A stretch of DNA of 64,000 bases from Patescibacteria group bacterium (GCA_052034685.1 JBPOIH010000011.1:17910-81909), one strand, 5' to 3'. Shown: positions 18,468 through 28,379, counted from the first letter of the stretch. The notes: a model not told the origin generated them from the sequence alone. A program made the numbers and translations.

Positions 18468-19529
18468 CTAGATAGTGAAGAGGGTTTCTTGTGTGGTGTC
18501 TTCTGGGTTTGCTTTTGGTTGCTCACTGGTCTTTTGAGTGGCTGGTTTATCTACTTTGGGCGCAACGGCAAGAGGGAAAGCCCGGCCCTGGTACTTTACG
18601 CGAGTTCTACCAGTAGTAAAATGGACGTCTTCATCTCCCTTGATACAGTGGCGACACTGCGGACAAGCACCTTGCAGTTCTTTGGGGTCATTACCAGTAC
18701 GGCGCGGCACCATTAGCTCCATATCGCCGACATTCTCTGGACAGATAGTGCCTTCCCCTTTGCTCAGTTCCATTGTTTCAACGGTGTCTTCACCGCACCA
18801 CGCGATGCGTACAAGATCACCAAACTTAGCTTTCACCTCTCGTGCTCGATCTTGATTGAAGTGGTCAACGCTCATATATAGCGCCAGATTAGGCACCTCT
18901 GCCAAGATTGGGATGACGTCAACCGGGTTCTCGCCCCAGCCAATTGAACGGGTAAACGCCCAGTGTGAGACTTTCGGGTGTCGTTTCATGACTTCTGCTG
19001 AGGCCACTGCGTAGTCCTCAGAGAAATAATCACCGTTCCAGTGTGGTCGATAGATGTAATGCCATGGTTTGGCGCCCCGACGCTTCAGTGTTTTCTCCCA
19101 CTTGTTTATGGCGGGGTCAATAACATCAATCATCTTGCCAACCGTACCAGCGTCGACTAGCCGGTTCATATTACGTTCCATCTTGGCGGCAACAGACTCC
19201 CACTCCTCTGCAGACTTGCCATAACATCCCTCACAAAATGGGGTTGCACCCGGACAGCTATCACCTGCCGGCAAGCCGTAACTATTGCCTATGCGGGCTA
19301 CGTCGTAGCGTTTGTTACGGTAGAAGCGCAAAGTACCCTCAGTTGTAAGCTTGCGAATAAACGACAGTTCGAGCGATGAGCTTTCAGGTGACGGCGCAGC
19401 TTCGTCGATAGCAGTAGCCATGTCAAAATTATTGATAGCGGTGATCTGCTCATCAGTCGGCAAAATTAGTGTTTGTGTCCCTCGTTCCATCTGTCGCTGC
19501 AGTATAGCAACGTCAGTTGTCAGAGGCAA
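18468..19529 (-). CDS. hypothetical Cys-rich protein
   Basis: 353-aa ORF with Cys clusters CPGATPFCEGC and CPQCRHC. No family recognised. Confidence 0.6.
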   Translation of the reverse strand: MPLTTDVAILQRQMERGTQTLILPTDEQITAINNFDMATAIDEAAPSPESSSLELSFIRKLTTEGTLRFYRNKRYDVARIGNSYGLPAGDSCPGATPFCEGCYGKSAEEWESVAAKMERNMNRLVDAGTVGKMIDVIDPAINKWEKTLKRRGAKPWHYIYRPHWNGDYFSEDYAVASAEVMKRHPKVSHWAFTRSIGWGENPVDVIPILAEVPNLALYMSVDHFNQDRAREVKAKFGDLVRIAWCGEDTVETMELSKGEGTICPENVGDMELMVPRRTGNDPKELQGACPQCRHCIKGDEDVHFTTGRTRVKYQGRAFPLAVAPKVDKPATQKTSEQPKANPEDTTQETLFTI

Positions 19530-19616
19530 TCATGAGCGGGATGGTATCTAAGAACTACAGGCAATAACTTAGAAAAACAAGTGTATTAACCCGCTTAAGA
19601 TTTTGGTTCAAGCGAT

Positions 19617-20099
19617 TTAGCCGGCTTGCGCCGCGCGGTATTCAAGTATGCGACTGGCAAATTGTACGATGTCGCCACGGCGTATTTTGAGGCTGTGGTA
19701 ATTGCGGCTGTTACCACCAATTACGATACCTTCGCTGAGCTTGGGGTGTCCGGCAGAGCCTTCAATAAACTGCGCAGTGTACTGTGTTTGTAGGTTCAAG
19801 TAATGCCGCAATACGGCAATATCGACCATGTCATTCGGGTCTCCCTGGTGCTGAGGCAGCAGTTCTGTTTGCGGAGTAGTTGTTTTTTGCAGGCTTTCCT
19901 GCAGGTTCGTTAGCATATCCCATTCATGGTCGCTTAAGGGCTCGATACCCGTTATGTGGTCTATTGGAAGCCCCTCGGGGATAATGGCATAGCGTTCGTC
20001 TTCTATAGCAGTAGTTATCTCGCCATATTGGGTGACGGCTTCGGTGACCCCGATTAAGACCCCCTTGTACTCTCTTGCCTCATAATACAGAAGTTCCAT
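19617..20099 (-). CDS. hypothetical protein
   Basis: 160-aa ORF, co-directional with its neighbours. Confidence 0.55.
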   Translation of the reverse strand: MELLYYEAREYKGVLIGVTEAVTQYGEITTAIEDERYAIIPEGLPIDHITGIEPLSDHEWDMLTNLQESLQKTTTPQTELLPQHQGDPNDMVDIAVLRHYLNLQTQYTAQFIEGSAGHPKLSEGIVIGGNSRNYHSLKIRRGDIVQFASRILEYRAAQAG

Positions 20100-20177
20100 T
20101 GTTCTGGGTGTGATTCCGTGAGTAACACCCTCTGGAACAACAATGTCGTCAAAATCGACATCAACAGGTTCACTAAA

Positions 20178-20537
20178 CTAGAGGGTTTGCTTGTCCGCTG
20201 GGTCGTACGGAAGGCGCGACAGTAGAAACCTGTATTTTGCCTCATGCTCTGCAAAAACTCGCGCGTGCCGTTCTTGCTCGCCAGGGTTTGCCGCTTCTGG
20301 GGCATAGTAAAAGCTGTCGCCGAGTGTACCTTCTGCTGGCAGTCTGCCGTGCCCGGCAAGATATATAATTGCCTCAATAGAGGTGCCATGCCAAGCATAC
20401 GGCGTCTCAGCAATGCCGTTTTCAAACAGTTCAACTGTACGTGCCAGGTGTGGCATGTCTGCAAGTTCACCGAAAACGACATTCATATGCGGACAATACA
20501 ATATATCGGTATTATAATCAATACAGGGCGTAGCCAT
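20178..20537 (-). CDS. hypothetical protein
   Basis: 119-aa ORF. Confidence 0.5.
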   Translation of the reverse strand: MATPCIDYNTDILYCPHMNVVFGELADMPHLARTVELFENGIAETPYAWHGTSIEAIIYLAGHGRLPAEGTLGDSFYYAPEAANPGEQERHARVFAEHEAKYRFLLSRLPYDPADKQTL

Positions 20538-20578
20538 CTGTCTCCAGAGCGCGTATACTACAGCACAAGAAGACGGTT

Positions 20579-22297
20579 ATGCTCAATAATATAGAGAAAC
20601 AAATACCACTTGTCAGTACGCTTCGTCACTATAAGCGGAGTTTGTTTCGGTATGATGTTATTGCTGGCGTGACTGTGGCGGCAATAGCTATACCCCAAGG
20701 CATGGCCTATGCGGAGTTGGCAGGAGCTCCACTCGCCATGGGTCTATACGCAACGTTTGCTGCCATGCTGTTGTTTGCGATCTTCTCAACGACGAAGCGT
20801 GTGATTGTGGGTCCCGATGCTGCCATGTCTGCGCTTACGGGCGCTACACTCATTCCGCTTGCTAACGGCAATCCCGAGCATTACGCCGCGTTGATCGCTT
20901 TGCTTGCCATACTGGTGGGCATTGCCAGTTTGATTGCTGTTGCCGCCAAGTTAACCTTCGTTAGTGAGTTTTTGTCGCGCCCTATCTTGCTTGGCTATAT
21001 GGCCGGGCTGGCGCTAGCTGTTATTGCTTCTCAGGGGCCAAAACTCTTTGGCATTACAGATGTACCGCGAAGCAACTTCTTTGGCACCTTACTGCATATT
21101 ATGACAAACCTAGCCAATAGTCATGACGCTACTTTGCTCTTCAGTATTGTGCTTGGCATTGGTTCCTGGTTGTTGATTCGGCACGCCAAAAAGGTCCCAG
21201 CAACACTAGTGATTCTGTTTGCAAGCATAGTGCTGTCGTGGCTGTTTGATTTTGCCGGTATGGGGATTGCTACCGTTGGGAGTGTCCCAGCCGGCTTGCC
21301 AATCCCCGCCCTGCCAGAAGTTACTTTCTTTGACGTACAAAACCTCGTGGTGCCGGCTTTTGCAATTATGATGGTCAGTTATGCCAACACAATTACGACT
21401 GCTCGTTCTTTCGCTGCTAAGGAGCATAATCATATTAACTCGAGCCAGGAGCTGACAGCGCTCGGTGTGGCAAGTATTGGAACGGGGTTGGCTGGCGGCA
21501 TACCGATTGCCGCAAGTGGTGCACGGACAGCAGTGAATGAGCAGAGTAAGGCTGCAACGCAAGTCGCACAGTTTATTGCAGCAATCGTGGTTGGTCTGAC
21601 CCTACTATTCTTTACCCCAGTACTTAGTTATCTTCCTCTCGCCGCCCTGGCCATTATTATTATCGTGGCAATATTACGCTTGTTTGATATTGCAGAGCTG
21701 AAATCAATCTGGCACGCATGGCGGTCTGAAGCGGTGTTAGCGATTGTAACAGTAATTGGCGTGACGATTCTGGGTATCTTTCAAGGGTTGTTGCTGGCAA
21801 TCTTTTTAGCAATTATAAATCTGATACGCAAAAGTGCTTTCCCTGGTGACGCGGTGCTTGGTGTGGCTGCAGACGGATCGATCCGAGACATGGCACGTCC
21901 GCCCAAGACCGAGGCTATCCCCGGCATTGTAATGTATCGGTTTGATGCCCCGCTGTATTTTGGAAACGCTGAATTCTTCCGTAAACGGGTGCTGAAACTT
22001 ATTGATGATTCTGATGATGTGCGTTGGTTCCTGTGGGATGCCGAGACAATCACGTCATTAGATTCTACTGCGGGTGCGATGCTCCTAGATCTTATCCACG
22101 AACTACGGGCTCGCAAAATAACACTGTGTATTTCGCGTATGAAAGGCCCGATCCGATCTACGATTAATCGTACAAATCGGCTTTCAACAGCTTTCCGTTC
22201 AATACCTCATTATCCGAGTATGGGCAAAGCCCTGGCAGCCTTTGATGAGGACGTTGCTGCCCGGGCTAGTAAGGACGCTGCAAAAGACGCACACTAA
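20579..22297 (+). CDS. SulP-family anion permease with C-terminal STAS domain
   Basis: Contains DVIAGVTVAAIAIPQGMAYAELAG and multiple TM helices. The C-terminal region IVMYRFDAPLYFGNAEFF...LWDAETITSLDSTA is STAS-like. Confidence 0.85.
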   Translation: MLNNIEKQIPLVSTLRHYKRSLFRYDVIAGVTVAAIAIPQGMAYAELAGAPLAMGLYATFAAMLLFAIFSTTKRVIVGPDAAMSALTGATLIPLANGNPEHYAALIALLAILVGIASLIAVAAKLTFVSEFLSRPILLGYMAGLALAVIASQGPKLFGITDVPRSNFFGTLLHIMTNLANSHDATLLFSIVLGIGSWLLIRHAKKVPATLVILFASIVLSWLFDFAGMGIATVGSVPAGLPIPALPEVTFFDVQNLVVPAFAIMMVSYANTITTARSFAAKEHNHINSSQELTALGVASIGTGLAGGIPIAASGARTAVNEQSKAATQVAQFIAAIVVGLTLLFFTPVLSYLPLAALAIIIIVAILRLFDIAELKSIWHAWRSEAVLAIVTVIGVTILGIFQGLLLAIFLAIINLIRKSAFPGDAVLGVAADGSIRDMARPPKTEAIPGIVMYRFDAPLYFGNAEFFRKRVLKLIDDSDDVRWFLWDAETITSLDSTAGAMLLDLIHELRARKITLCISRMKGPIRSTINRTNRLSTAFRSIPHYPSMGKALAAFDEDVAARASKDAAKDAH

Positions 22298-22346
22298 CAG
22301 GGTGACGCATTGGACAGATTATACAGTAAGTGGTAAAATATACTTC

Positions 22347-23195
22347 ATGGAGCCAATGCCTATTCTCGCAAGTGTTACTCCTCAAGCAACTCCTGAGGTA
22401 AGACAATCAATCATGACTCGACGTCTGCGGCTAGGCTATGTTATTACCAATGGGATATCGAGTATTGGTGAACTGATAACAGGGATAGCTTCTGGTGATG
22501 TCGCTAGAGCCATGGACGGTATGCATGGAGCTTCCGAGATATTGATCGGCAATACGCAAATGAAGGATGCTCATGAGCATGACCATGTTCAGGATAGTCG
22601 ACGCCGTAAAATATACACTGCATTGTCAAGTTTGTCGTTGCTCGGAGCCGGTGTGGCAATGGGCGACTTAGCTGGCGCATGGGATGTTGGCATAGATTCG
22701 CTTCCATTGGATGTCGCGGGCCTAGGTTTCTCAGCAGTTTCAGCCGGATCCGGGATCGCTGCTGCCAGTATTATTGTTCATCGGATGCGCTCCAAGTACG
22801 GCGCGATTTTTAGTGGCCGACATCTTAGAAATGAAATCGCTCCAACTGATAAGGACGTGGTAAAGCACATAGTATTGCTCGATACGCCGTCTTCGTCTTT
22901 GGCATTCTTAAGCGGAGCGGCTCGCGTGGCAAGTTACTGGGCCTCTGCAAAAACTGGCTTTGCTGACAGCCTGTCATTGGCGGAGAGCACTATTGGGGTT
23001 ATGAGCGGCATGTGGGGCGCATATCTGTTCCGACCTACAGAGAAAAACCTAGAACATCATCATGGCCAGCACGCTCATGAAACACTACCAGAAGCAGTAG
23101 AAAACCTCGTAAACCTATCTGGCAAGCAGGACATCCCGATTACACTGCACGTTGGATCTACAGTGCAAGAGCAATTTGAAAAGCGTGAATCATAA
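22347..23195 (+). CDS. membrane protein, weak resemblance to cation-diffusion-facilitator TM region
   Basis: ORF 22242 trimmed to ATG 22347, downstream of the SulP stop. It has His/Asp-rich loops (HEHDHVQD, HHHGQHAH). The family call is weak. Confidence 0.45.
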   Translation: MEPMPILASVTPQATPEVRQSIMTRRLRLGYVITNGISSIGELITGIASGDVARAMDGMHGASEILIGNTQMKDAHEHDHVQDSRRRKIYTALSSLSLLGAGVAMGDLAGAWDVGIDSLPLDVAGLGFSAVSAGSGIAAASIIVHRMRSKYGAIFSGRHLRNEIAPTDKDVVKHIVLLDTPSSSLAFLSGAARVASYWASAKTGFADSLSLAESTIGVMSGMWGAYLFRPTEKNLEHHHGQHAHETLPEAVENLVNLSGKQDIPITLHVGSTVQEQFEKRES

Positions 23196-23219
23196 GACTA
23201 TGAAAATCTAGGATAACTA

Positions 23220-23690
23220 TCAGGAGCTGTATTCAATGGCTGTCATCAGGAAGTTATTGCCTGAACGTGAACCGGGTACAGATGATACTGGTTCTGTCTC
23301 AATCATGCCCGGGTTGCGTACGGCGTCGATTTCATAGCCAATAAATTCTTCCATGATGGCGAGCTCTTCTGCTCGTTCTGGGTTCGTTCGTTCGATTTCA
23401 ACGAATAGACTATGGTATTGTCGAAAACTCGATGCTGCCAAAAAAACATCGTTACCACGCACATTTGGCATGCTGTTGCGCATCCCCTTTGCCCATAACG
23501 CAAACTGAATACGGTATTGTCGCTCGCTGCTTAGATCATCAAAAATCTTGTCAAGTGATACATCTTCTTGAAGTTCTTCGTCTGGTAGTCCAAGGCTATA
23601 TGTATCCTCGAGATCTTTAAACTGAGCACGAATTACCATTTCTCTATTTCGAGTAGCTTCAGTGTGTCGCTTTGATACGTTCATGCACAT
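23220..23690 (-). CDS. hypothetical protein
   Basis: 156-aa ORF. Confidence 0.5.
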   Translation of the reverse strand: MCMNVSKRHTEATRNREMVIRAQFKDLEDTYSLGLPDEELQEDVSLDKIFDDLSSERQYRIQFALWAKGMRNSMPNVRGNDVFLAASSFRQYHSLFVEIERTNPERAEELAIMEEFIGYEIDAVRNPGMIETEPVSSVPGSRSGNNFLMTAIEYSS

Positions 23691-23797
23691 ACTTTAGTAT
23701 AATAGTGACTATATGTAAATAACTGAAGGTGATCGTGTTAGGTAATTTCGGTTAATTAAACTCTACGGAACAGTGAAAAAGCTCAAGATCATAAAAC

Positions 23798-26026
23798 TTA
23801 CTGCGGAACCACATAGTCGTTATTCACGTAAAGCCGTTTACTTGAAAAATTCCCAAGTTGCTGCTGGCTCGTCCATAGGTAGTCTGCTCCACTGCCCGGA
23901 CTATACCAAAACACATCTGACCGACCATCACCATTGAAGTCACCACTAATTGGTCGATGATTACCTCCAACGTTCATGGGTTTTGAACTAAACGTTCCCA
24001 GACTACTCGTCCCATACCACAGATAGTCCTTGGCATCTCCCGGACTGTACCAAAACACATCTGACCGACCATCACCATTGAAGTCACCACTTATTGGTCG
24101 ATGATTACCTCCAACGTTCATGGGCTTTGAGCTAAACGTTCCCAGACTACTCGTCCCATACCACAGATAGTCCTTGGCATCTCCCGGACTATACCAAAAC
24201 ACATCTGACCGACCATCACCATTGAAGTCACCACTAATTGGTCGATGATTGCCCCCAACGTTCATGGGTTGATTGATGAACGCTCCTGGGGCTGCAGTCC
24301 CGTACCATACATAATCTTTTGATATACCTGGCCGATACCAGAATATATCCGATCTGCCATCATTATTGTAGTCCCCCGGTATCTGTTGGTATGACCCGTC
24401 AATATTCAGAGACGTGGCATCAAAACGAGAAGCTACATTATTCCCTGTCCATATATAATCAGTGCCTGCTCCCGGACGGTGCCAGAATATATCCCCTAGT
24501 CCATCGCCATTAAAGTCGGTATTACGAATTGATTGTTTACATGACTGAACGAGCGGATTACTCGGGGTACTGTTTAAGCTGTTTGCGGCGTTAACACGTC
24601 CATAACCGTATCTTTCACTGTTTTTTTGACAGCCCATGGCGGCAACCCGTGAACTGTAATTAGTGAGCTTTTGTCGAATCTGTGCAGGTGTTGCTGATGG
24701 CTCCTCGGCTAGTAAGAGTGCGGCGACGCCGGCAACAATTGGGGTGGCGATTGATGTCCCATCGGCAGAATTCGTATAGCTGGTAGTTTGGTTTCCGGCA
24801 GACCAAGTGGGTGTACGGATTGCGCCGCTTCCCGGGGCAGTAATATCAAGCTCTGGTCCCCAGCTACTAAAATCGGCTCGTTCATCATTGGCAGTAGTAG
24901 CACCTACTGAGATTGCATTGTTATAACGACCGGGGTATAACATCTGACCTTGGTAGTCGCAGCCTTGTGATGCATAGCTTGAACTACCGCAGTTGCCAGC
25001 AGCAGCAATTACCGTGACGCCAGCTGCAACTGCATCATTGATGGCGGTTTCCATGGCGGGGTCGCTTTGTGTTGAGCCAAGACTGAGGCTAATTATCTGC
25101 GCTCCCTGCTCCACTGCGTAGTCGATCGCCACTACGATATCGCTCGTAAAACCTGAGCCGTTATCACCGAGCGCTTGCAAGGGCAATATGCGCGTTTGCC
25201 AACTAGCACTGGCCACACCCTTGGCGTTGTTACCGGTGGCGCCGACGAGCCCACTGGTGTTCGTACCATGGCTTACAAAAAAGTGCCCGGGGTTGGTGGT
25301 CCCGGCCAGCGGATTATTGTCTCCCTGGGCGGAATTAGCGAAATCCCAGCCGCGCCAGTCGTCAATTAGTCCATTACTGTCATCATCGAGTCCGTTGGTC
25401 TCTTTGCCGCTACCGGATTCCGCTGCGTTAATATACCAGCGGTTTTCCATGTCCTCGTGGTTTAGTCCAAATCCAGTGTCTATGACGGCTACAATAGTGT
25501 TGGTGCCAGTAGTGGTGTCCCAGGCAGTGTCGAGACCTATTACTTCTGGGTAGTAGTTACTAGAGTGAAGCGGGTCGTTTGGTGTCAGCGTAGCCTGGTA
25601 TACAACGTTTGGTTGAGCAATAGCTCCGTCTGTTGCATTAAGTTCTTCTACGGGCTTAGCAACCACATAGCTCAAACGCGAGGCAATCTGTTGCAAATCC
25701 TCAGCCGATAGTTGGTTAGAGACCAAAAACGCTTGTTTTGCTTTAGTATTTTTGAAGCTAACTATTGATGATGCTTGCTTGCTTGTTTGCGCAGCTTCTG
25801 CCACTTTCGTTTCATCTGATTTTTTATCCGCGATTACACGGTCAATAATACGTTCAGTTAGTGATGGAGGGTTGCTAGGGGCAGTAGCTTGCGTGTAATC
25901 AGGGTTGATAGGATCAGCGATTGGTTGAGGAGTGGCTTTGGAGCTTTGCTGCCACAGGACGTACCCCATCACTGCGGCGCAAATGCCCAACGCGATAACG
26001 CCACCCGTTTTTACCCTCCGATGCAT
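23798..26026 (-). CDS. subtilisin-like S8 serine peptidase with C-terminal FG-GAP/VCBS-like repeats
   Basis: Catalytic-triad contexts VAVIDTGF, HGTNTSG and GTSIATP. The C-terminal repeats read DFNGDGRSDVFWYSPG, and there is an N-terminal TM anchor. Confidence 0.85.
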   Translation of the reverse strand: MHRRVKTGGVIALGICAAVMGYVLWQQSSKATPQPIADPINPDYTQATAPSNPPSLTERIIDRVIADKKSDETKVAEAAQTSKQASSIVSFKNTKAKQAFLVSNQLSAEDLQQIASRLSYVVAKPVEELNATDGAIAQPNVVYQATLTPNDPLHSSNYYPEVIGLDTAWDTTTGTNTIVAVIDTGFGLNHEDMENRWYINAAESGSGKETNGLDDDSNGLIDDWRGWDFANSAQGDNNPLAGTTNPGHFFVSHGTNTSGLVGATGNNAKGVASASWQTRILPLQALGDNGSGFTSDIVVAIDYAVEQGAQIISLSLGSTQSDPAMETAINDAVAAGVTVIAAAGNCGSSSYASQGCDYQGQMLYPGRYNNAISVGATTANDERADFSSWGPELDITAPGSGAIRTPTWSAGNQTTSYTNSADGTSIATPIVAGVAALLLAEEPSATPAQIRQKLTNYSSRVAAMGCQKNSERYGYGRVNAANSLNSTPSNPLVQSCKQSIRNTDFNGDGLGDIFWHRPGAGTDYIWTGNNVASRFDATSLNIDGSYQQIPGDYNNDGRSDIFWYRPGISKDYVWYGTAAPGAFINQPMNVGGNHRPISGDFNGDGRSDVFWYSPGDAKDYLWYGTSSLGTFSSKPMNVGGNHRPISGDFNGDGRSDVFWYSPGDAKDYLWYGTSSLGTFSSKPMNVGGNHRPISGDFNGDGRSDVFWYSPGSGADYLWTSQQQLGNFSSKRLYVNNDYVVPQ
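23895..24270 (-). repeat. near-identical 144-bp intragenic tandem repeats (2 full copies plus a partial one) inside the S8 peptidase gene
   Basis: CCCGGACT(A/G)TACCAAAACACATCTGACCGACCATCACCATTGAAGTCACCAC recurs at 23895, 24039 and 24183, a period of 144 bp. Confidence 0.85.
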
Positions 26027-26076
26027 GCTCTTAAGTATAGCAAAAAGGTTCGTTTATAATCACATCTGCACAAAGT

Positions 26077-26102
26077 AAAACAACCCCGTCAGGGGTTGTT
26101 TT
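26077..26102. terminator. bidirectional terminator
   Basis: AAAACAACCCC-gtca-GGGGTTGTTTT. Confidence 0.7.
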
Positions 26103-26121
26103 ACTAAAGTTGCGTGGAAAC

Positions 26122-26943
26122 TTAGTTCTCGTTTTCTACTTCCTGCTCGTCTTCTGACTCTTCATCCTTGTCATCGTCCTGGTCGTCATCGACATCGTCA
26201 TTGTCATCGTCTTTGTCTACGCTGCCACTCACTCCGTCATTGTCATCATCGTTGTCTTCGGCGTCTTTCCGGCCGTCATTGTCATCATCGTTGTCTTTGA
26301 CGTTTGGTTGTCCGTCATCATCGTTGTCATCGTCGTTTCTGCGTTCTGCACGTTTCTTTTCTTCTTTGCCGTCTTTTGTCTTTACTTCCATGATAGAGCC
26401 ATTATTTGCGTCAACTTCAACGAGCCCTTCATCAACAAACTTTACCCGGTAAACGAGCGTTCCGTCTTCTGTTTCGACTTCTATCTCTTTTATTGCAACC
26501 CCTGGATGTTCTTTTTTAGCAATTTCAACCGCGCTCGAAAGTGACACTTTGGCAGTCAGGTTGCCCGGCAGACTATCGTCGTCCTTGCTGTCGTCATCAG
26601 AGATTGCAATTTGCTCACCACTTGTTGCATTGTAGGTAATTTGCTTGCCATTTGATAGGTGGACTACATATACGAGCACACCGTCCTCAGTCTTCAACTC
26701 GATCCCTTTAGTAGTAAGTGTCGAGTCGTCTTTCTTTGCAATCTCTTCGATTTTATCAAGCGCTAGAACGCTGCCTAAGTCGTTCGGGATTGTGGTTGCA
26801 AGAGGTGTGCTTGACTCTGTCGTTACAGAGCTCTTGGTGTCTTGCTTACCAACGACGTAGTAGCCCACGCCACCAAGTGCAGCCAGTACTAAGACTACGA
26901 TGACGCTCTCTACTGCGGTAAAACCTTTTGCATTCAATTTCAT
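26122..26943 (-). CDS. prepilin-type N-terminal domain protein with two PepSY-like domains and a poly-acidic tail
   Basis: The N-terminus MKLNAKGFTAVESVIVVLVLA carries the G/FTxxE class III signal. There are two PepSY-like units (...IAKKEHPGVAIKEIEVETEDGTLVYRVKF...VDANNGSIMEV). The C-terminal ~90 aa is D/E/N rich. Confidence 0.7.
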   Translation of the reverse strand: MKLNAKGFTAVESVIVVLVLAALGGVGYYVVGKQDTKSSVTTESSTPLATTIPNDLGSVLALDKIEEIAKKDDSTLTTKGIELKTEDGVLVYVVHLSNGKQITYNATSGEQIAISDDDSKDDDSLPGNLTAKVSLSSAVEIAKKEHPGVAIKEIEVETEDGTLVYRVKFVDEGLVEVDANNGSIMEVKTKDGKEEKKRAERRNDDDNDDDGQPNVKDNDDDNDGRKDAEDNDDDNDGVSGSVDKDDDNDDVDDDQDDDKDEESEDEQEVENEN

Positions 26944-27010
26944 TTTGATTCCTTTTGTTTTAGCTATTTTCTTATACCTATTATGCTTAATGTCTCCGCA
27001 AGATCAATAG

Positions 27011-27166
27011 GAAAGTATTTGCAAATTCAAGGCTGCCGAGGCTTGCTACACATCTACTGAGCAGATTAACTTACAAGACCTGCAACGTTGGCTTGAAAAG
27101 TCAGTCAAAATCCAGTGGGACTACAAAAACATCGTTAAACGTCGTGGTGAACTTATTCGTCTATAG
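27011..27166 (+). pseudogene. possible remnant of a DUF1801/YdeI N-terminal-type domain (no start codon)
   Basis: An open frame without ATG reads ...KFKAAEACYTSTEQINLQDLQRWLEKSVKIQWDYKNIVKRRGELIRL*. This resembles the FTS-x-EEIN-type C-terminus of that domain. A YdeI-type gene lies 340 bp downstream. Confidence 0.3.
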
Positions 27167-27217
27167 CAAGGCGCGAGCTTAGTCTAGTCACTAATAGATA
27201 GTTGCTATACTTATTAC

Positions 27218-27466
27218 ATGGCTTTTAATCATTACGCCAAGATAAAACGTATTTTAGAGCAGCAGCCCGACGGCTGGGTGATTCGGAGGATTAACGAGCC
27301 GACCAGTGCCCAGAATTTCAAAGGCGAGACAACACACTTCACCCATTATTACCGGATTTATTCTCATGCTGGCGAGCCTGTCAAGTATTGCAAGTTCCAA
27401 CAAATCGAACGCTTGGCGGATATCTTAAAGCTACCAGTTGAAGCGTTGCCAATAATTGAAACATAG
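27218..27466 (+). CDS. hypothetical small protein
   Basis: 82-aa ORF. Confidence 0.45.
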   Translation: MAFNHYAKIKRILEQQPDGWVIRRINEPTSAQNFKGETTHFTHYYRIYSHAGEPVKYCKFQQIERLADILKLPVEALPIIET

Positions 27467-27502
27467 GCCACGGTTGGCCTGGTGTCATGGCTGCGGTAGT
27501 AT

Positions 27503-27823
27503 ATGTTTATGAAAAAAATCACTCTCCCTGCTGGTGCCGCGCACGAAATGCCTGCTGATCTAGAGAAGTCTTTGCTGGCAAACCCCAAGGCGCTTGCAGC
27601 GTGGCGAGACAAGATTACGCCGATTGCTCGTAACGAGTGGATTTGCTGGACGGTCACAGTGAAGCAGCAAAAAACCCGAGACGAGCACGTCAAGCGTGCG
27701 GTAGAAGAACTGGCTGAAGGCCAACGCCGCCCCTGCTGCTGGATCGGGTGTATCCACCGCACCGACAAAGCCATGAGTCCTTCAGTACAAGGCATCCTCG
27801 CTAAGAGAACAACGCCAAAATAA
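27503..27823 (+). CDS. YdeI/OmpD-associated family protein
   Basis: Reads LEKSLLANPKALAAWRDKITPIARNEWICWTVTVKQQKTRDEHVKRAVEEL. Confidence 0.65.
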   Translation: MFMKKITLPAGAAHEMPADLEKSLLANPKALAAWRDKITPIARNEWICWTVTVKQQKTRDEHVKRAVEELAEGQRRPCCWIGCIHRTDKAMSPSVQGILAKRTTPK

Positions 27824-27840
27824 CGAAAATCATTACTGTA

Positions 27841-28362
27841 CTATGCGAGAGTTACGGACGAATAGTTATCGACTTTGCTTCCGTCATACTGCACGATGCT
27901 TATTTCATGAGCCCGGCCTTGTATTGAGACGTTTTCTCTGTTCAGTTTTTCTACTAATGCCTCCATGTCGGCTTGCGTACCCGTTCCGATTCCCAGATGA
28001 GGAATGAACGGGATGTCGTGGCGTAATTCGCTTGCTAGTACGCCAGTATATAAAGCATCGTGGATGATATTTATATCATCATGGCCGATAGATGGCACAA
28101 GAAATGCGTGGAAAAACTCTCCATCGTCATTTTCTACTACCTTTGTGCCGTCAAAAACCAGGTCAAATGCTTTGGTGTCTCGGAGCGTATTTTGTACGTG
28201 CGCAACAAGCTCGTCCGCGCTGATCTTTTCAGTGCCAAAGACCAACGTAATGTGTGGTTCAACCACATCAAAATAGTGCGTGTCATGCTCTTTGCGGATA
28301 CGCTGGATTGCAGCTAAGTCTTCTGCGCTTAACTGTGGATATATAAGAGCTAAGCTTGCCAT
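27841..28362 (-). CDS. 2H phosphoesterase superfamily (LigT-like) protein
   Basis: Two H-x-T/G type motifs at the expected spacing (EPHITLVFG and FIPHLGIG). Confidence 0.55.
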   Translation of the reverse strand: MASLALIYPQLSAEDLAAIQRIRKEHDTHYFDVVEPHITLVFGTEKISADELVAHVQNTLRDTKAFDLVFDGTKVVENDDGEFFHAFLVPSIGHDDINIIHDALYTGVLASELRHDIPFIPHLGIGTGTQADMEALVEKLNRENVSIQGRAHEISIVQYDGSKVDNYSSVTLA

Positions 28363-28379
28363 AGACCCATCTTAACAAG

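Noticed and set aside
26168-26544. Ser/Leu-rich plus-strand ORFs opposite the pilin-like/PepSY gene
   Set aside because: They are antisense translations of the GAT/GAC-rich acidic-tail coding region, a low-complexity artefact.
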